Positions 58,801 to 64,000 of a stretch of DNA of 64,000 nucleotides are shown here, in pieces. The notes under the pieces were generated by a model. That model saw nothing but the letters and a program-made list of their open reading frames with translations, had not been told where the DNA came from and did no database searches. The position numbers were made by a program, and so were the translations under genes. The stretch comes from Eledone cirrhosa (lineage: Eukaryota). The DNA lies in the NCBI GenBank assembly GCA_964016885.1, contig OZ024740.1, positions 421,290,001 to 421,354,000 of the forward strand, written 5' to 3'. Within the stretch, counting starts at the first letter, position 1. Each line of letters starts with the position of its first letter.

Positions 58801-61800
58801 TATCTCACCTGTCACAATACTATATATCTCACCCATCACAATACTACATATCTCAGCTGTCACAATATTACATATCTCACCTGTCACAATACTATATATC
58901 TCACCCGTCACAATACTATATATCTCACCTGTCATAATATTACATATCTCACCTGTCACAATATTACATATCTCACCTGTCACAATACTATATTGCTCAC
59001 CTGTCACAATACTACATATCTCACCTGTCACAATACTACATATATCACCTCTCACAATATTACATATCTCACCTGTCACAATACTACATATCTCACCTGT
59101 CACAATACTACATATCTCACCTGTCACAATATTACATATCTCACCTGTCACAATACTACATATCTCACCTGTCACAATATTATATATCTCACCTGTCACA
59201 ATACTACATATCTCACCTGTCACAATACTATATATCTCACCGGTCCCAATACTACATATCTCAGCTGTCACAATATTACATATCTCACCTGTCACAATAC
59301 TATATATCTCACCCGTCACAATACTATATATCTCACCTGTCACAATATTACATGTCTCACCTGTCACAATATTATATATCTCATCTGTCAGAATACTATA
59401 TATCTCCCCTGTCACAATAATATATATCTCACCTGTCACAATATTACATATCTCAACTGTCACAATATTAAATATCTCACGTGTCACAATACTACATACC
59501 TCAGCTGTCACAATATTACATATCTCACCTGTCACAATACTAAATATCTCACCTGTCACGATACTACATATCTCACATGTTACAATACTATATATCTCAC
59601 CTGTAACAATACTATATATCTCACCTGTCACAATACTATATATCTCACCTGTCACAATACTATATATCTCACCCATCACAATACTATATATCTCACCTGT
59701 CACAATATTACATATCTCACCTGTCACAATATTATATGTTTCATCTGTCACAATACTATACATCTCACTTGTCACAATACTACATATCTCACCTGTCACA
59801 ATATTATATATCTCATCTGTCACAATACTATATATCTCACCTTTCATAATATTACATATCTCACCGGTCACAATACTATATATCTCCCCTGTCACAATAA
59901 TATATATCTCACCTGTCACAATATTATATATCTCATCTGTCACAATACTATATATCTCACCTGTCACAATATTACATATCTCACCTGTCACAATTCTACA
60001 TATCTCACCTGTCACAATGCTACATATATCACCTGTCACAATATTACATATCTCAACTGTCACAATATTTAATATCTCACGTGTCACAATACTACATATC
60101 TCAGCTGTCACAATATTACATATATCACCCGTCACAATACTATATATCTCACCTGTCACAATACTATATATCTCACCTATTACAATACTATATATCTCAC
60201 CTGTCACAATATTATATATCTCAGCTGTCACAATATTACATATCTCACCTGTTACAATACTATATATCTCACCTGTCACTACTATTTATCTCACCTGTCA
60301 CAATACTACATATCTCACCTGTCATAATATTACATATCTCACCTGTCACAATACTACATATCTCACCTGTCATAATATTACATATCTCACCTGTCACAAT
60401 ACTATATATCTCCCCTGTCACAATAATATATATCTCACCTGTCACAATATTACATATCTCAACTGTCACAATATTAAATATCTCACGTGTCACAATACTT
60501 CATACCTCAGCTGTCACAATATTACATATCTCACCTGTCACAATACTACATATCTCACCTGTCACGATACTACATATCTCACATGTTACAATACTATATA
60601 TCTCACCTGTAACAATACTATATATCTCACCTGTCACAATACTATATATCTCACCTGTCAGAATACTACATATCTCACCTGTCACAATATTACATATCTC
60701 ACCTGTCACAATACTATATATCTCACCTGTCACAATACTATATATCTCACCCATCACAATACTATATATCTCACCTGTCACAATATTACATATCTCACCT
60801 GTCACAATATTATATGTTTCATCTGTCACAATACTATACATCTCACTTGTCACAATACTACATATCTCACCTGTCACAATATTATATATCTCATCTGTCA
60901 CAATACTATATATCTCACCTGTCACAATATTACATATCTCACCTGTCACAATACTATATATCTCCCCTGTCACAATAATATATATCTCACCTGTCACAAT
61001 ATTATATATCTCATCTGTCACAATACTATATATCTCACCTGTCACAATATTACATATCTCACCTGTCACAATACTACATATCTCACCTGTCACAATGCTA
61101 CATATCTCACCTGTCACAATATTACATATCTCAACTGTCACAATATTTAATATCTCACGTGTCACAATACTACATACCTCAGCTGTCACAATATTACATA
61201 TCTCACCCGTCACAATACTATATATCTCACCTGTCACAATACTATATATCTCACCTATTACAATACTATATATCTCACCTGTCACAATATTACATATCTC
61301 ACCTGTCACAATACTATATATCTCACCTGTCACAATACTATATATCTCACCTGTCACAATACTACATATCTCACCTGTCACAATATTACATATCTCACCT
61401 GTCACAAAACTACATATCTCAACTGTCACAATACTATATATCTCACCTGTCACAATATTACATATCTCAACTGTCACAATATTAAATATCTCACGTGTCA
61501 CAATACTACATACCTCAGCTGTCACAATATTACATATCTCACCTGTCACAATACTACATATCTCACCTGTCACGATACTACATATCTCACATGTTACAAT
61601 ACTATATATCTCACCTGTAACAATACTATATATCTCACCTGTCACAATACTATATATCTCACCTGTCAGAATACTACATATCTCACCTGTCACAATATTA
61701 CATATCTCACCTGTCACAATACTATATATCTCACCTGTCACAATACTATATATCTCACCCATCACAATACTACATATCTCAGCTGTTACAATATTACATA

Positions 61801-64000
61801 TCTCACCTGTCACAATACTATATATCTCACCTGTCACAATACTATATATCTCACCCATCACAATACTACATATCTCAGCTGTCACAATATTACATATCTC
61901 ACCTGTCACAATACTATATATCTCACCCGTCACAATACTATATATCTCACCTGTCATAATATTACATATCTCACCTGTCACAATATTACATATCTCACCT
62001 GTCACAATACTATATTTCTCACCTGTCACAATACTACATATCTCACCTGTCACAATACTACATATATCACCTCTCACAATACTACATATCTCACCTGTCA
62101 CAATACTACATATCTCACCTGTCACAATATTACATATCTCACCTGTCACAATACTACATATCTCACCTGTCACAATATTATATATCTCACCTGTCACGAT
62201 ACTACATATCTCACCTGTCACAATACTATATATCTCACCGGTCCCAATACTACATATCTCAGCTGTCACAATATTACATATCTCACCTGTCACAATACTA
62301 TATATCTCACCCGTCACAATACCATATATCTCACCTGTCACAATATTACATATCTCACCTGTCACAATATTATATATCTCATCTGTCACAATACTATATA
62401 TCTCACCTGTCACAATATTACATATCTCACCTGTCACAATACTATATATCTCCCCTGTCACAATAATATATATCTCACCTGTCACAATATTACATATCTC
62501 AACTGTCACAATATTAAATATCTCACGTGTCACAATACTACATACCTCAGCTGTCACAATATTACATATCTCACCTGTCACAATACTAAATATCTCACCT
62601 GTCACGATACTACATATCTCACATGTTACAATACTATATATCTCACCTGTAACAATACTATATATCTCACCTGTCACAATACTATATATCTCACCTGTCA
62701 CAATACTATATATCTCACCCATCACAATACTATATATCTCACCTGTCACAATATTACATATCTCACCTGTCACAATATTATATGTTTCATCTGTCACAAT
62801 ACTATACATCTCACTTGTCACAATACTACATATCTCACATGTCACAATATTATATATCTCATCTGTCACAATACTATATATCTCACCTGTCACAATATTA
62901 CATATCTCACCTGTCACAATACTATATATCTCCCCTATCACAATAATATATATCTCACCTGTCACAATATTATATATCTCATCTGTCACAATACTATATA
63001 TCTCACCTGTCACAATATTACATATCTCACCTGTCACAATACTACATATCTCACCTGTCACAATGCTACATATATCACCTGTCACAATATTACATATCTC
63101 AACTGTCACAATATTTAATATCTCACGTGTCACAATACTACATATCTCAGCTGTCACAATATTACATATCTCACCCGTCACAATACTATATATCTCACCT
63201 GTCACAATACTATATATCTCACCTATTACAATACTATATATCTCACCTGTCACAATATTATATATCTCAGCTGTCACAATATTACATATCTCACCTGTTA
63301 CAATACTATATATCTCACCTGTCACTACTATTTATCTCACCTGTCACAATACTACATATCCCACCTGTCATAATATTACATATCTCACCTGTCACAATAC
63401 TACATATCTCACCTGTCATAATATTACATATCTCACCTGTCACAATATTACATATCTCACCTGTCACAATACTATATTGCTCACCTGTCACAATACTACA
63501 TATCTCACCTGTCACAATACTACATATCTCACCTCTCACAATATTACATATCTCACCTGTCACAATACTACATATCTCACCTGTCACAATATTACATATC
63601 TCACCTGTCACAATACTACATATCTCACCTGTCACAATATTATATATCTCACCTGTCACAATACTATATATCTCACCTGTCACAATACTATATATCTCAC
63701 TTGTCACAATTCTATATATCTCACCTGTCACAATATTATATATCTCACCTGTCACAATACTACATATCTCACCTGCCACAATACTATATATCTCACCTGT
63801 CACAATATTACATATCTCACCTGTCACAATATTACATATCTCAACTTTCACAATATTATATATCTCACCGGTCACAATACTATATATCTCAACTGTCACA
63901 ATATTATATATCTCACCTGTCACAATATTACATATCTCACCTGTCACAATACTATATATCTTACCTGTCACAATACTATATATCTCACCTGTCACAATAT
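25803..64000. repeat. Giant 24-bp satellite, consensus TCTCACCTGTCACAATAYTAYATA, >38 kb and ~1590 units, inferred intronic in WDR19; runs off the window
   Basis: Uninterrupted tandem repetition with no inserted elements. It lies upstream of a mid-gene WDR19 exon, so the earlier exons must lie beyond it. Confidence 0.98.

Noticed and set aside
25623-63995. Very long ORFs (up to ~2000 aa) on both strands
   Set aside because: The 24-bp unit is a multiple of 3 and has no stop in four of six frames, so overlapping ORFs arise automatically. They shift frame at each 22-bp variant and most use alternative start codons. Nothing supports an independent gene.

Overview
AT-rich animal genomic DNA. The SINE, RTE LINE and MITE content resembles coleoid cephalopod (Octopus-like) genomes; the organism is an inference. 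Nine consecutive internal coding exons of WDR19/IFT144 (IFT-A subunit) lie on the minus strand between 5044 and 25385 (1021 nt). They splice in phase into one open frame, and one intron needs a GC donor. The introns hold two decayed RTE-clade LINEs, SINEs, MITEs, a non-autonomous Helitron, mariner and CRE-like fragments, several minisatellites, and a foldback built from a ~260-bp unit carrying a tRNA-like Pol III gene. Everything from ~25.8 kb to the window end is one 24-bp satellite (>38 kb, ~1590 units), inferred to lie in a WDR19 intron. It has one recurrent 2-bp deletion marker and an 8226-bp higher-order duplication. On the transcribed strand the consensus unit carries CAG|GTGAGA, a strong 5' splice-site consensus. 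The giant ORFs in the ORF track are translations of this satellite, not supported genes.
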